Source: a virus (Duplodnaviria > Caudoviricetes). From it: a stretch of DNA of 63,946 nt. The stretch lies in the IMG/VR virus record IMGVR_UViG_3300036851_000534, positions 1 to 63,946 of that record; one strand, written 5' to 3'. Within the stretch, counting starts at the first letter, position 1, and each line of letters begins with the position of its first letter. The notes under the pieces were generated by a model. That model was not told the origin of the DNA, made no database searches, and saw only the letters and a list, made by a program, of their open reading frames with translations. Made by a program: the position numbers and the translations under genes. Shown piece by piece: positions 45,287 to 53,942 of the stretch.

Positions 45287-45347
45287 GCCTTCCCCCAGTC
45301 CCGGCAGCAGGTCCGGTGATAATACACCCAGCCGGCCTCATTGCGCC
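45283..45347 (-). pseudogene. Orphaned original 3' end of gene 45687-45941
   Basis: RNEAGWVYYHRTCCRDWGKA*, GTGA-coupled to the next gene. Confidence 0.75.
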
Positions 45348-45373
45348 TGAGGAGGATCGCCGCCGCGGCGCAT

Positions 45374-45682
45374 TGAACCATTACCGGGAGATCACGGTTA
45401 TTAAGGCACTCCCTCCGCGCACCTTGAAGACTGAGCGTCGGGAGTTGCGCCAGGGAAAACGGCTGGCGCATAAAACGTTCACCGAATCCGAGTGTGCTCA
45501 CGCTGCGGGTCCTTGTGGCCCGTAGGGGCGACCGCCTTGAGCGGGTCCCGGCTTGCCGGGATCGTAAGCCGTCCAGACAGCTCGCCGGGGTTCCCCCTGG
45601 AAAGGGAACCGCCTTCCGGTAGGGCTAAATGCTCACCAGCTTTAGTGGTGGGATGCTTACTCCGCCCCGTCCGTATCCGCTC
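45374..45682 (-). ncRNA. Structured omegaRNA/HEARO-like RNA with a 22-nt 5' guide-like segment
   Basis: Starts GTAAGC-ATCCCACCA-CTAAAG-CTGGTGAG; closing GCTTAC; at least five further hairpins; the 5' flank copies the insertion site. Confidence 0.55.
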
Positions 45683-45686
45683 CCAC

Positions 45687-45941
45687 CTAACCCTTCCCAT
45701 CCCGACAACATGTCCGGTGATAATATAGCCATCCTTGATCGTTGCGCCCCGTCCGCATTCCCTCCTTTCCCAGGATCGGCGTGCCGCAGCCGACGCAGGT
45801 CGGGGCGACCAACTCCGCCATGCACAACTCCAGGTCGGCCAGTTCCTCGGTGAAGGTCCGCGCGTCCAGACCATCTCGCTCGACAACGGCCACGAACTGC
45901 CGGGCCGCCTCGACGACGCTGTTCAGCCGCTCGCGATTCAT
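45687..45941 (-). CDS. Hypothetical Cys/His protein with a recoded C-terminus
   Basis: CVGC...RNDQGWLYYHRTCCRDGKG. Confidence 0.6.
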   Translation of the reverse strand: MNRERLNSVVEAARQFVAVVERDGLDARTFTEELADLELCMAELVAPTCVGCGTPILGKEGMRTGRNDQGWLYYHRTCCRDGKG

Positions 45942-46171
45942 CCTTCCTCTTTCCTCTCGTTCCTCTCCCGGATCATCCCCACCATCTGCTGATTGAGCAG
46001 CGCCACCTGCTCCCCCAGGTTCCGCACCTGCTGCCGCAGATCTTTGATCTCCCGTTCCTGCGCCTCGTTCTCTGCGTGCGCCTGAAGCAGCCGGTCGCGG
46101 AACGCCTGCGTGGCTCGGGCCACCTCGCAGTGGTGGCAGGTGCAGCCAGGATGGGGGAAGGTCAGGGTCAT
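45938..46171 (-). CDS. Hypothetical coiled-coil protein
   Basis: ATGA coupling at both ends. Confidence 0.5.
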   Translation of the reverse strand: MTLTFPHPGCTCHHCEVARATQAFRDRLLQAHAENEAQEREIKDLRQQVRNLGEQVALLNQQMVGMIRERNERKEEG

Positions 46172-46563
46172 GGATCTTCTCCCGCCGCAGTTACCACGAT
46201 GACCACTTCCTCCCGCTGCTTCCAGCGGTCTCCGGTCTCTTGCTGCACCGGCGCCCACTCGACATAGCGGGCGCTGTCGTCCGGCGTGATCCCGAATCCC
46301 TGGCGGCGCCGGCAGAACAGCGCGTTGATGATCGGCTCCGCCGCGGCCAGCAAGTGGTCCGGATCGATGGTGCGGCCGCGGCGCACCAGGAGCGTCACGC
46401 GCGCACGTCCTTCGACCTGCGGCGCGCCGGCGGCGAAGTAGGCGAGCTGGGCCGCGGCCTGCGCGGTCTTCTCTCGCCGCCGGCGTTCCTGGAGATGGAG
46501 CCGCTGATTGGACGTGAGCCGACCCAGATCATAGCAGACGCGCAGGATGAGCTTGTCGCTCAT
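46168..46563 (-). CDS. RusA-like Holliday junction resolvase (atypical motif)
   Basis: SNQRLH...RVTL...IDPDH...INAL...GITPDDS. Confidence 0.6.
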   Translation of the reverse strand: MSDKLILRVCYDLGRLTSNQRLHLQERRRREKTAQAAAQLAYFAAGAPQVEGRARVTLLVRRGRTIDPDHLLAAAEPIINALFCRRRQGFGITPDDSARYVEWAPVQQETGDRWKQREEVVIVVTAAGEDP

Positions 46564-47723
46564 GGTCGAGCCTCCCGGCGGATCTTGCCGAGGATGTTGG
46601 CGACCGTTTTCAGCGCGATTCCGAGCTGCGCCGCGATCTGTGCCTGTGAATGGCCCTCCCTCTGAAGCTGGAGGATGGCCGCGGCGCGCTCTTGCCGCGA
46701 CGGCCGGGGCTCCCGGAGCGGAAGGCGTCCCTCGAGCTGCGCGCGCCGGATGAGGCGGCCGACCTGCTGGTGGGAAAGCGACAGCGCCGCGGCGATCTCC
46801 GCATAGGAGCGTCCTTCGGCATGGAGTCTCAGGACGGGGTCCGGATCCGCGGCGCGCGCCGCGCCTGCGATCGGCGGCAGCAGGCCGAGGCGCCGGGCCT
46901 CCCAGATCCAGGTATAGACAGTGGGCCGAGGGGCGGCAAGCTGCGCGGCGATCTCGGTCGGCGAGAGACCGGCGGCCATGAGGGCGCTCACCTCCCGGTG
47001 GCGGACGGTCTCTCGCCGGGGACGGCCGGCATAATCGGGCGTCAACGGAAGTGCCGGCGGCTCCGGAGTCACCCCAAGGATTTGGCGGAGCGCGAGGACT
47101 GCCTCCTGGTAGCGCTGGAAAGCGCCGGATTCAGAAATCCCGCTCCGCCGGCCGAGGGCGAGAAACGTTTCCCCCTCCATCCGGCCAGAGAGAACGTCTC
47201 GCTGCTCCTGGGTGAGCCTTCGCAGCGCCGACCGGAGCGCGAGCTGCGTTACGACCTGCTCTTCGGACCAGCCATCGGCGAGTGCCAGGTGCTCAGCGCG
47301 GTCAAAGACGTGGCTTACGCCGTCCTCATTCTCGATCAGCAGTTCCTCGAGGGAGAGGATCCGCTCGCGCAGGGGAGGCGGCTCCTCCGGCGGCTCGGGC
47401 CGCTGCCCCGCTGCATAGGCCGCCTGCTGCTCCTCATAGTCGCGCCAGCGTTGCCGCGCCGTCCGTCCCGCCGGATCCCAGTCTCGCAGCGCGTCTTTGA
47501 GGGCCCACCGGATTTTATTGATGATCCAGGTCCGCCGCGCCCACCCCAGTTCGGGTCGATAGCTGCGAGTCGCCCTCAGGGCGGCCTGGAGGGCAATCGC
47601 TTTCCAGTCGTCCTCATCCGCCTCCGGCAGCACTGGCAGGGCCAGCCGCGCCACCGTCTGCGCCGCCAGGGCGAAGAGGTGACTGATCTCTGCCGTTTCA
47701 GGGCAGGGAAGGCAGGGTTTCAT
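46560..47723 (-). CDS. Sigma-70-family factor with three extra C-terminal HTHs
   Basis: Region-2-like ALRATRSYRPELG...TW...IRWALKDALRDWD; ILSLEE; region 4; then LSPTEIA, RSYAEIA and HSQAQIA HTHs. Confidence 0.7.
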   Translation of the reverse strand: MKPCLPCPETAEISHLFALAAQTVARLALPVLPEADEDDWKAIALQAALRATRSYRPELGWARRTWIINKIRWALKDALRDWDPAGRTARQRWRDYEEQQAAYAAGQRPEPPEEPPPLRERILSLEELLIENEDGVSHVFDRAEHLALADGWSEEQVVTQLALRSALRRLTQEQRDVLSGRMEGETFLALGRRSGISESGAFQRYQEAVLALRQILGVTPEPPALPLTPDYAGRPRRETVRHREVSALMAAGLSPTEIAAQLAAPRPTVYTWIWEARRLGLLPPIAGAARAADPDPVLRLHAEGRSYAEIAAALSLSHQQVGRLIRRAQLEGRLPLREPRPSRQERAAAILQLQREGHSQAQIAAQLGIALKTVANILGKIRREARP

Positions 47724-48058
47724 GGTCGCTTCGCTCTGGCTCTCAGCTCGGGGCTCTCGGCTCTTGGCGGGACGGGGAAGGGGAGGGACAGGTTCCCGTC
47801 CTCACGCGAAGCCGAGAGCCGAGAGCCGAGAGCCGCCCTTCTCCCCGGCCCGATGAGCGCCCGCGCTTCCAGGCACCATACCCGGTACGGATAGCCTTTT
47901 CGCTCGCCCCAGGGATAGTAAGCGCGGAGTTCCCGGCGGGTAATCCCGGGCTGTCCCTGCTTGAGCGTCCAGATCAGCTCCGCCGCCCGCTCGCGCCAGG
48001 TCTGGGGGCGCTGGTCCGCGAGGGATTTGATGAGGGCGGAGCGGTTGCCGCGTTTCAT
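47720..48058 (-). CDS. Hypothetical protein
   Basis: YPWGER..YPYRVW motif. Confidence 0.55.
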   Translation of the reverse strand: MKRGNRSALIKSLADQRPQTWRERAAELIWTLKQGQPGITRRELRAYYPWGERKGYPYRVWCLEARALIGPGRRAALGSRLSASREDGNLSLPFPVPPRAESPELRARAKRP

Positions 48059-48066
48059 GGCGGTCC

Positions 48067-48468
48067 TTACCTCTCCAGAACGCCCATCCTCGCGCCGGAA
48101 ACCGCGCTGAGGCGTTCTTGGTCGTTTTCGCCGCTCGGTGCGTCAGAATCGCATCGTGGCGCGTTGACGCGCAATCTAGGCTGCCAGCGTCCGACGGTCA
48201 CATGACACCGCCCGACGCGCGCCCCGATCTCCCGTTGGGTCAGTCCCGCGTCGGTAAGGGCCGCGATGGCGGCGAGCAGGGCGGCGTCGGTGCGGAGATG
48301 CCGGCCCTTCTCCCGGGGGATCCCGGCCCGGTCGAGATGCTTCCTAACCGTGGCCGGATGCATCGTCAGCCGCCGGCCGATCTCCCGGCAGGAGAGCCGC
48401 TCCTCGACGTAGAGTTTGGCGCAGCGGCGCGCCTCGCGGGCCTCGCGTGGGGTGAGCGGCAGGTTCAT
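48067..48468 (-). CDS. Tandem-HTH DNA-binding protein
   Basis: LSCREIGRRL...TVRKHL; LTQREIGARVG...TVGRW. Confidence 0.65.
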   Translation of the reverse strand: MNLPLTPREAREARRCAKLYVEERLSCREIGRRLTMHPATVRKHLDRAGIPREKGRHLRTDAALLAAIAALTDAGLTQREIGARVGRCHVTVGRWQPRLRVNAPRCDSDAPSGENDQERLSAVSGARMGVLER

Positions 48469-49058
48469 CTTCCTGCTCTCCCGACCTCGATCAGCACCTC
48501 CTCGGGCAGTAGCGTTCCAGGGCGCGGACGGCGTCCCGGCAGCGCATAAGGGATCTCTGGCTGCTGGCGCCATTGCTCCCACGCTCGGATTACCGCTCCC
48601 GATCCCGGAAACAGATCATGGAACTCGTCGTTAGCTCTTAATCCAAGCACGCCGAACAACCAATAACAGAAGGCGTCGGGCTTGGCCCCGATGACCGGGC
48701 GCCGCAGCGTAATGTTCGCAGCGCACCAATCCCGTACCGTCAACTGGCGGCGAGTCCGCCGCCGGCCGCCGCACACGAGGAGCGGCTCCCATGCATAGGC
48801 CACCCCGACTCCAGGTTTGAAGGAACAGAATGGCTTCACCCATGCCATGACACGCGTTACGTCGGGAACAAGCGCCAATAGGATTCGGAGACTTGGCGAA
48901 TGACATGAGAGCGCCCAACCATCCGGAAACTCTTCCACGAGCCGGGCGATGAGTGCCGCGTGATCTATCTCTTGCTTCTCTGGATAACGGTGACCACAGC
49001 CGAGGTAAGGAGGATCGGCATAGGCAAATCTGCCCGGCCGGTCTTTGAGGTCCCTCAT
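48465..49058 (-). CDS. Compact DNA adenine methyltransferase
   Basis: AYADPPY...AWVKP...AWEP...DLFPGSG. Confidence 0.75.
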   Translation of the reverse strand: MRDLKDRPGRFAYADPPYLGCGHRYPEKQEIDHAALIARLVEEFPDGWALSCHSPSLRILLALVPDVTRVMAWVKPFCSFKPGVGVAYAWEPLLVCGGRRRTRRQLTVRDWCAANITLRRPVIGAKPDAFCYWLFGVLGLRANDEFHDLFPGSGAVIRAWEQWRQQPEIPYALPGRRPRPGTLLPEEVLIEVGRAGR

Positions 49059-49390
49059 CCCTCTCCCCTCCCGGCCCCTACGGGAACGTCCCACGTAAGC
49101 GCCTGGCTCGCGTCCTCCGGGTGCGTGGCCCGCCAGTGCAGACCGAATAGGCTCACGCCCTCGGGGCGGAACGAAAGGTACGCGATGGCCTCGACGAACG
49201 AGGTCCACTCGGGCGCGGTCGTCACCTGATCGGCGGCGAAGAGGGTCAGCGCCGCTGCTTCTAGCCGCTCGCAGTGCAGCAGGCACCGCTCCTGCACGGC
49301 CACCAGCGGCCACCGGGAGAACTCCCGGATACGGAGCGGCACGGCGAGCGAGAGCGCCTCTTGCAAGAGCGGGAGGCTCAAGGCGTTCAT
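49055..49390 (-). CDS. Hypothetical protein
   Basis: AVPLRI...LSF.P.GV..FG.HW. Confidence 0.55.
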   Translation of the reverse strand: MNALSLPLLQEALSLAVPLRIREFSRWPLVAVQERCLLHCERLEAAALTLFAADQVTTAPEWTSFVEAIAYLSFRPEGVSLFGLHWRATHPEDASQALTWDVPVGAGRGEG

Positions 49391-49947
49391 GGGCGTCGAG
49401 CCTCCACGAGACGCGGCAGGCTATGAGGATAAGTGCCAAGATAGCGCAGTGCGGCGGCCGGCTCCGGAAAGTCGCCCAGATCGGTGCCGCAAGAGCGCAG
49501 GAACCACATATCCTCAACGACGTGCCAGTTCGGATAGGCGATGACGACGGGGATGCCCAGCCCTACGGCAAACCCGAGTTCCACCAGGGTGCCATAAGAG
49601 TCGGGCCGGTGAATCCAGGCGAACACAAGGTCGGAGCGGCGAATGGCGCTGAGACAAAGGGATCGCACGAGTTGCGGATCGGGGGCATCCCCACACATCT
49701 CCGTCGAGAGGCCATGCAGACCGCCTACTGTCGGCCTTCCGAGGTGATCCACCGCCGGCGTATGCGCGCAGCCGTGATCGCAGAAGGTGAAATAGGGGCC
49801 GGTGTAATCGAAGCCGCCCACGACGGCCTCGGAGAGGATCGGCCACGGCTCCCCTGGCTGATGCTCGGCGGTCTCCCAGTGGATGCCTTGGACCACACTA
49901 TGCCGCCAGCAGTTCTTCTCGATCTTGCCTGCCAGGTAGATTTTCAT
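49387..49947 (-). CDS. Nucleoside 2-deoxyribosyltransferase-like protein
   Basis: KIYLAG...AI..SD.VFAW...GTLVELGFA...G.PV. Confidence 0.75.
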   Translation of the reverse strand: MKIYLAGKIEKNCWRHSVVQGIHWETAEHQPGEPWPILSEAVVGGFDYTGPYFTFCDHGCAHTPAVDHLGRPTVGGLHGLSTEMCGDAPDPQLVRSLCLSAIRRSDLVFAWIHRPDSYGTLVELGFAVGLGIPVVIAYPNWHVVEDMWFLRSCGTDLGDFPEPAAALRYLGTYPHSLPRLVEARRP

Positions 49948-50408
49948 GCGCGTCCCGCCCCCTCCCGGGCCTTCTTCGTCGCCTTGATTAGCTCGCTGGC
50001 GGCGGCCATGTCCGTTGGGATTTCCGCTTCCGTGTAGCCCCAGGCGAGCAGCAGGTTACGTTGGTTCTGGCTCACCGGCTTGTCTTTCATCACCACAAGC
50101 GCGTGCTGCTCGCCTTTCTCCCATTTGCGCCGGCGTTTCTCCTCATCCGACAGGGCAAGATAGGCGAACTTTCCCTCGGCATAAGCCAGTGCCTCTTCCT
50201 CAAACTCTCCGATAAGGGCAATGGTCAACTCGCCGCGCGAACGGGTATAAGGCTGGCGCAGCCACGCCACCGCCTGATCCAGCACGAGAGTGACGACCTC
50301 GCGGGCGTCTCTGGCCTGATCCCTCCGGATCGCGTCGAGGAAGGCGTTGGAGATCGTGCTTCGGACGGGAACCTCGAAGTGCTGGATGAATGCCTCGTCC
50401 TGTTTCAT
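49944..50408 (-). CDS. Hypothetical protein
   Basis: AGGAG SD; ATGA coupling. Confidence 0.55.
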   Translation of the reverse strand: MKQDEAFIQHFEVPVRSTISNAFLDAIRRDQARDAREVVTLVLDQAVAWLRQPYTRSRGELTIALIGEFEEEALAYAEGKFAYLALSDEEKRRRKWEKGEQHALVVMKDKPVSQNQRNLLLAWGYTEAEIPTDMAAASELIKATKKAREGAGRA

Positions 50409-50740
50409 GGCGCAACTCCTGCCTTTCGGATCCGGACCCGGAAGCACCAGTTCACCTCGCCGGCAGTACCGGGTGTGGGCTGATAGCCGGCGGCGAGCAT
50501 GGCGCCTTTGAACTGGCCGTTGGTGACATAGAAACCCACGGCCTCGAAGTCATGCTTCAGTCCGTAGCTAGTCCGAGAGTTCGCTCGCGAGGTCGGCGTG
50601 AACGTCCGGGCGATCCACTGCTGCAATTCCATCTGCTGCGCCGCCGTCAATTCGGCATAGTGCTCCGGCGCATTGAACCGCGCCTCGTCGGCTTCCCTCT
50701 CCGGCTGTCGCTGCTTTCTGCTCGCTTTCGTCGCTTCCAT
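50405..50740 (-). CDS. Small conserved protein downstream of the primase
   Basis: TSYGLKH..E...YVTNG.F..AM..AGY. Confidence 0.6.
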   Translation of the reverse strand: MEATKASRKQRQPEREADEARFNAPEHYAELTAAQQMELQQWIARTFTPTSRANSRTSYGLKHDFEAVGFYVTNGQFKGAMLAAGYQPTPGTAGEVNWCFRVRIRKAGVAP

Positions 50741-50794
50741 GGGCCCTCCTATCCTCACAGGTAAAGAGCCTGACCGCTGCCGTCTTCTCAAAGC

Positions 50795-50978
50795 GTGACG
50801 GGTTTCAGGCACCGTGACGGGTTGTGACGGGTTTTCCTATATGTTTTCTGTACAGTTCCGTCTGTTTGCCGGAGCCGCAAACCCGTCACAACCCGTCACG
50901 GGTTTTTCATGCGCGTGCAATTGGAGAAACCCGTCACAACCCGTCACCAGGCATAAAACCCGTCACGAAACCCGTCAC
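50795..50978. repeat. Iteron cluster, putative replication origin
   Basis: Nine exact AACCCGTCAC copies (3 reverse, 6 forward). Confidence 0.8.
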
Positions 50979-53374
50979 GCTCCCGCAAGGCGAGGATCAT
51001 CCCTCGTGTCTTCATCCAAGAGGCCGATGCCGCTGCGAAGTCGGCCGAGGTTGCGGTCGCGCACTTCCACGAAGCCCCGCTCGGTGAGCGCCCTCCCGAA
51101 GGCGGTTTGTGTCGCTGCTTGTTCCCCACTCGCCTGACACCATGCCTGATAAGCCGCGTAGAGGGCGCCGCTCCTGGCTCGCAGAGTAGGCTGCTGAACG
51201 CAGCGATCGGCGAGAAACCCGCCGAGGATGTCCATCTCCTGGCGATAGCTCTGCGTTGCCTCCAGCACGGCCGCCGGCCGTGCCAGCCCGATCTGTTGCC
51301 ATTGCAGACAGCCACGAACGGCCCAGGCGAGGATACCGGGCAGCTCGGCGAGCAGTTTGGTGAGCAGTAGTGGATCCTTGAGCGGTTGGCCGGGCAGCGC
51401 CCGGTCGGGATCGTAGAACGTGGCCGTAAAAGGGACGGTATGGATGCGTCGCCAAATGCCCTCGTCCGTTCCCTTGATTACCGGCTTGTGATTCGCCATG
51501 ATCCACAGCTTGTATTCAGGCAGGAACTCGACGAAATCCCGATGCATCTTGCGCCCCTTAAGGCGAACATCGCCCGTCATGCGTTTGACCAACTCCTCGG
51601 CGAGGCGCTTGCCTTCACCGACCTCCGAGCTGATGACGACCCGGCGTCCGGTAAGATCAGCGATGGCCGTAGGATGCTGGTCATGCTTCTGCTCCAACAG
51701 CAAACCGGGCGCTGCGGTCGTGGCGTACTCGCCGAGAAGCCGTTGGACCACCTCCAGAAACGTGCCCTTACCGTTCGCCCCCAATCCGTAGAGGAAGAAG
51801 AGACACTGCTCGCGCACGTCGCCGGCCAGGCTGTAGCCAACCGCACGCTGAAGATAGGCCGCCAGTGCCTCGTCGCCCTGGGTGATCTCGGCGAGGAACT
51901 GCTCCCAGCGGGGGCAGGTCGCCGTTGCGTCATAGTTGATCGGGATCTTGCGGGTGATGAAATCCTCGCGGCGATGCTGGCGCAGGGTGCCGGAGGTCAA
52001 TTCGAGGGTGCCATTTTCGAGGTTGAGCAGGAACGGGTGCGCGTCGAACTGTTCTGGAAGCAGGCAGATGCCGGGTTCGCTTTGGGCCAGCTCGATCATC
52101 GCTGCGAGCCGCCCGGCGCTTTCCGACTTCAAGCCCCACAGAGCGAGGGCTTTGCGTTCATCCGCCGAGTCGGCCTCACCCGCTTCGCTATAGATCGCGG
52201 CGACGGTCGCCTTGGCCCGTCGCATGATCGCGCGCGTCCGATCCTCGCACCAATGAGTCCCGCGCCAGATCAACCAGCCGTGAGCAAGCGTCGAGCGCAG
52301 ATTCTCTCCGTGTCGAGCCACCAGGCGCCGGGCGTTGCCCAGGTCCGTGTTGTGGATCGGCGCCGGCAGATCGACAGGCGGATCGGTCGGGGTGGTTACC
52401 TGGGGAGGGGCCGGCGAGTTCGGCAGAGAGGTGGCCGTGCGGTTGAAGGTGAACGCGCCGCTGCTGCCGTTGGCGGAGGGCTCATAGACGACGCCCCCGA
52501 GCGAGAGGGCCTTGTCGAGCGTCAGATCACCATAGGTTCGCTCACCCCGGCGTTCGTCCCACTTCTCGCGCATCAGCCCCGACTGACGGAAGAGCCGATC
52601 CATGCGCGGGCGGTCGCCCCGCGTCCAGAAGTAAAGCTCGGCGCAGAGCGCCAGGTCGGCCCGGCTGTCGTCGCCGCCGTAGTCGCCGGTATCGCCGCGC
52701 CAGAGCCGGCCGAACTTGAGGCCGTTCGCGGCCCGGTGGGCGCGGTCGAGGAGTTCCTGATCCGAGAGATCGAGCGGAGCGGCGGGGGCTGCCGGGGAGG
52801 AACGGGGGAGCATGAGGGCGTCGGGGAAACATTCGGCCAGCAGCGTGTCCAACTCCGCCTGGCGGGCCGCGATGATGGCCGGCGAGCCGGGCCAGTGCCG
52901 GCCGGTCACCGTCAGATAGCGGGCGCGATCGTAGACCTCGATCGCCCCGCCGTCGGCGAAGCTCTTCTTCCGGCCGTTGCCTGGCAGCCGGCCCTGGATC
53001 CAGACGCGGAGACCCTCCCCCGAAGGCGTAATCTCCGTATAGCTGTTGAGGAGGGCGATGGCGCGTGCTGACCAGGGAACGAGCCCCCCAGAGGAGAGGA
53101 TGCAATGGTCGAGATCGATGCCGACGTACGGATCGTCCGGGCTGATGACGAAACCGGGGCCGTTGAACTGATCCAGTCGCGCCGTTACCGCCTCGAAGGT
53201 GCTCCAGGTGGAGGCGTCCGTCGTGGAAGCGAGCCGGCCGTCAGGCCGAAACGGCGGCTTCGTGGGCCGGTCCTCATCCGCGCGGGTCACCCATTTCCAG
53301 CAAACCCACTGCGGCCGACCAGCCAGCTCCGAGAGGACGGGCAGCGAGGATTGAGTCGGATCAAACGTGTTCAT
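50975..53374 (-). CDS. Primase-polymerase (NrS-1-like) / D5-type SF3 helicase
   Basis: QWVCW, GIDLDHC, YTEITPSG.G, IEVYD..RY.TVTG; MDRLFRQSGLMR.KWD; GLGANGKGT Walker A; GIWRRI. Confidence 0.9.
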   Translation of the reverse strand: MNTFDPTQSSLPVLSELAGRPQWVCWKWVTRADEDRPTKPPFRPDGRLASTTDASTWSTFEAVTARLDQFNGPGFVISPDDPYVGIDLDHCILSSGGLVPWSARAIALLNSYTEITPSGEGLRVWIQGRLPGNGRKKSFADGGAIEVYDRARYLTVTGRHWPGSPAIIAARQAELDTLLAECFPDALMLPRSSPAAPAAPLDLSDQELLDRAHRAANGLKFGRLWRGDTGDYGGDDSRADLALCAELYFWTRGDRPRMDRLFRQSGLMREKWDERRGERTYGDLTLDKALSLGGVVYEPSANGSSGAFTFNRTATSLPNSPAPPQVTTPTDPPVDLPAPIHNTDLGNARRLVARHGENLRSTLAHGWLIWRGTHWCEDRTRAIMRRAKATVAAIYSEAGEADSADERKALALWGLKSESAGRLAAMIELAQSEPGICLLPEQFDAHPFLLNLENGTLELTSGTLRQHRREDFITRKIPINYDATATCPRWEQFLAEITQGDEALAAYLQRAVGYSLAGDVREQCLFFLYGLGANGKGTFLEVVQRLLGEYATTAAPGLLLEQKHDQHPTAIADLTGRRVVISSEVGEGKRLAEELVKRMTGDVRLKGRKMHRDFVEFLPEYKLWIMANHKPVIKGTDEGIWRRIHTVPFTATFYDPDRALPGQPLKDPLLLTKLLAELPGILAWAVRGCLQWQQIGLARPAAVLEATQSYRQEMDILGGFLADRCVQQPTLRARSGALYAAYQAWCQASGEQAATQTAFGRALTERGFVEVRDRNLGRLRSGIGLLDEDTRDDPRLAGA

Positions 53375-53390
53375 CACGCTCCTCGCGCGG

Positions 53391-53684
53391 TCACTTCTCC
53401 GCCGACTGCGCCTGCCAGCCCTGCGCCGTGAGCTTCCAGCCGAGGAGCGGACTCCCCTCGAGCAGTCCCCAGTCATGGAGCCGCTCCAGGTGACCCAGCA
53501 CCTCCGGGATGCTAAAGCCGGTCGCGCGGGCATACCAGCCCAGGGGCAAAAAAACGACGGTACTCTCGGCGGAATGTTCCGCGATACAACGGAGGATTGT
53601 TCGCTCGCGGGGAGGAACAATCGGGTATCTGGTCCCTGCCAACGTGCAGGAACCAGGTTCGACGCGAGACGCGCCGGTATCCAT
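53391..53684 (-). CDS. Winged-helix protein
   Basis: AAGGAG SD; YARATGFS...V...L.RL...GLL. Confidence 0.55.
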   Translation of the reverse strand: MDTGASRVEPGSCTLAGTRYPIVPPRERTILRCIAEHSAESTVVFLPLGWYARATGFSIPEVLGHLERLHDWGLLEGSPLLGWKLTAQGWQAQSAEK

Positions 53685-53942
53685 GATCCACTCCTTGTTT
53701 CGTGGGTTGCTTGCGAACAGCGAATCGCGAGCCGGTGTTGACGCGAGATGCGCCCGTATGCAGGTGTCGCTCCTTGTGTCGTTTCGTGTTCGGATCAGCC
53801 CTACCAGTTCCAGCCGTCAAACTGGACGGGGTGGGTTTTGACCCTACGGGTCCCAGGCGTCAGACTGGACGGGTCAAACTGGTTCGGCTATAATGAGGGA
53901 GAGTGATGGATGGTTCTGACCTTGCCGGGTTGCGGAACCAAC

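Noticed and set aside
45283-45764. DGR template/variable repeat pair
   Set aside because: Differences are not confined to adenines, are mostly synonymous, and no reverse transcriptase is present
50205-50230. dif-like CTCTCCGATAA...GTCAACT
   Set aside because: Wrong spacing and inside a CDS
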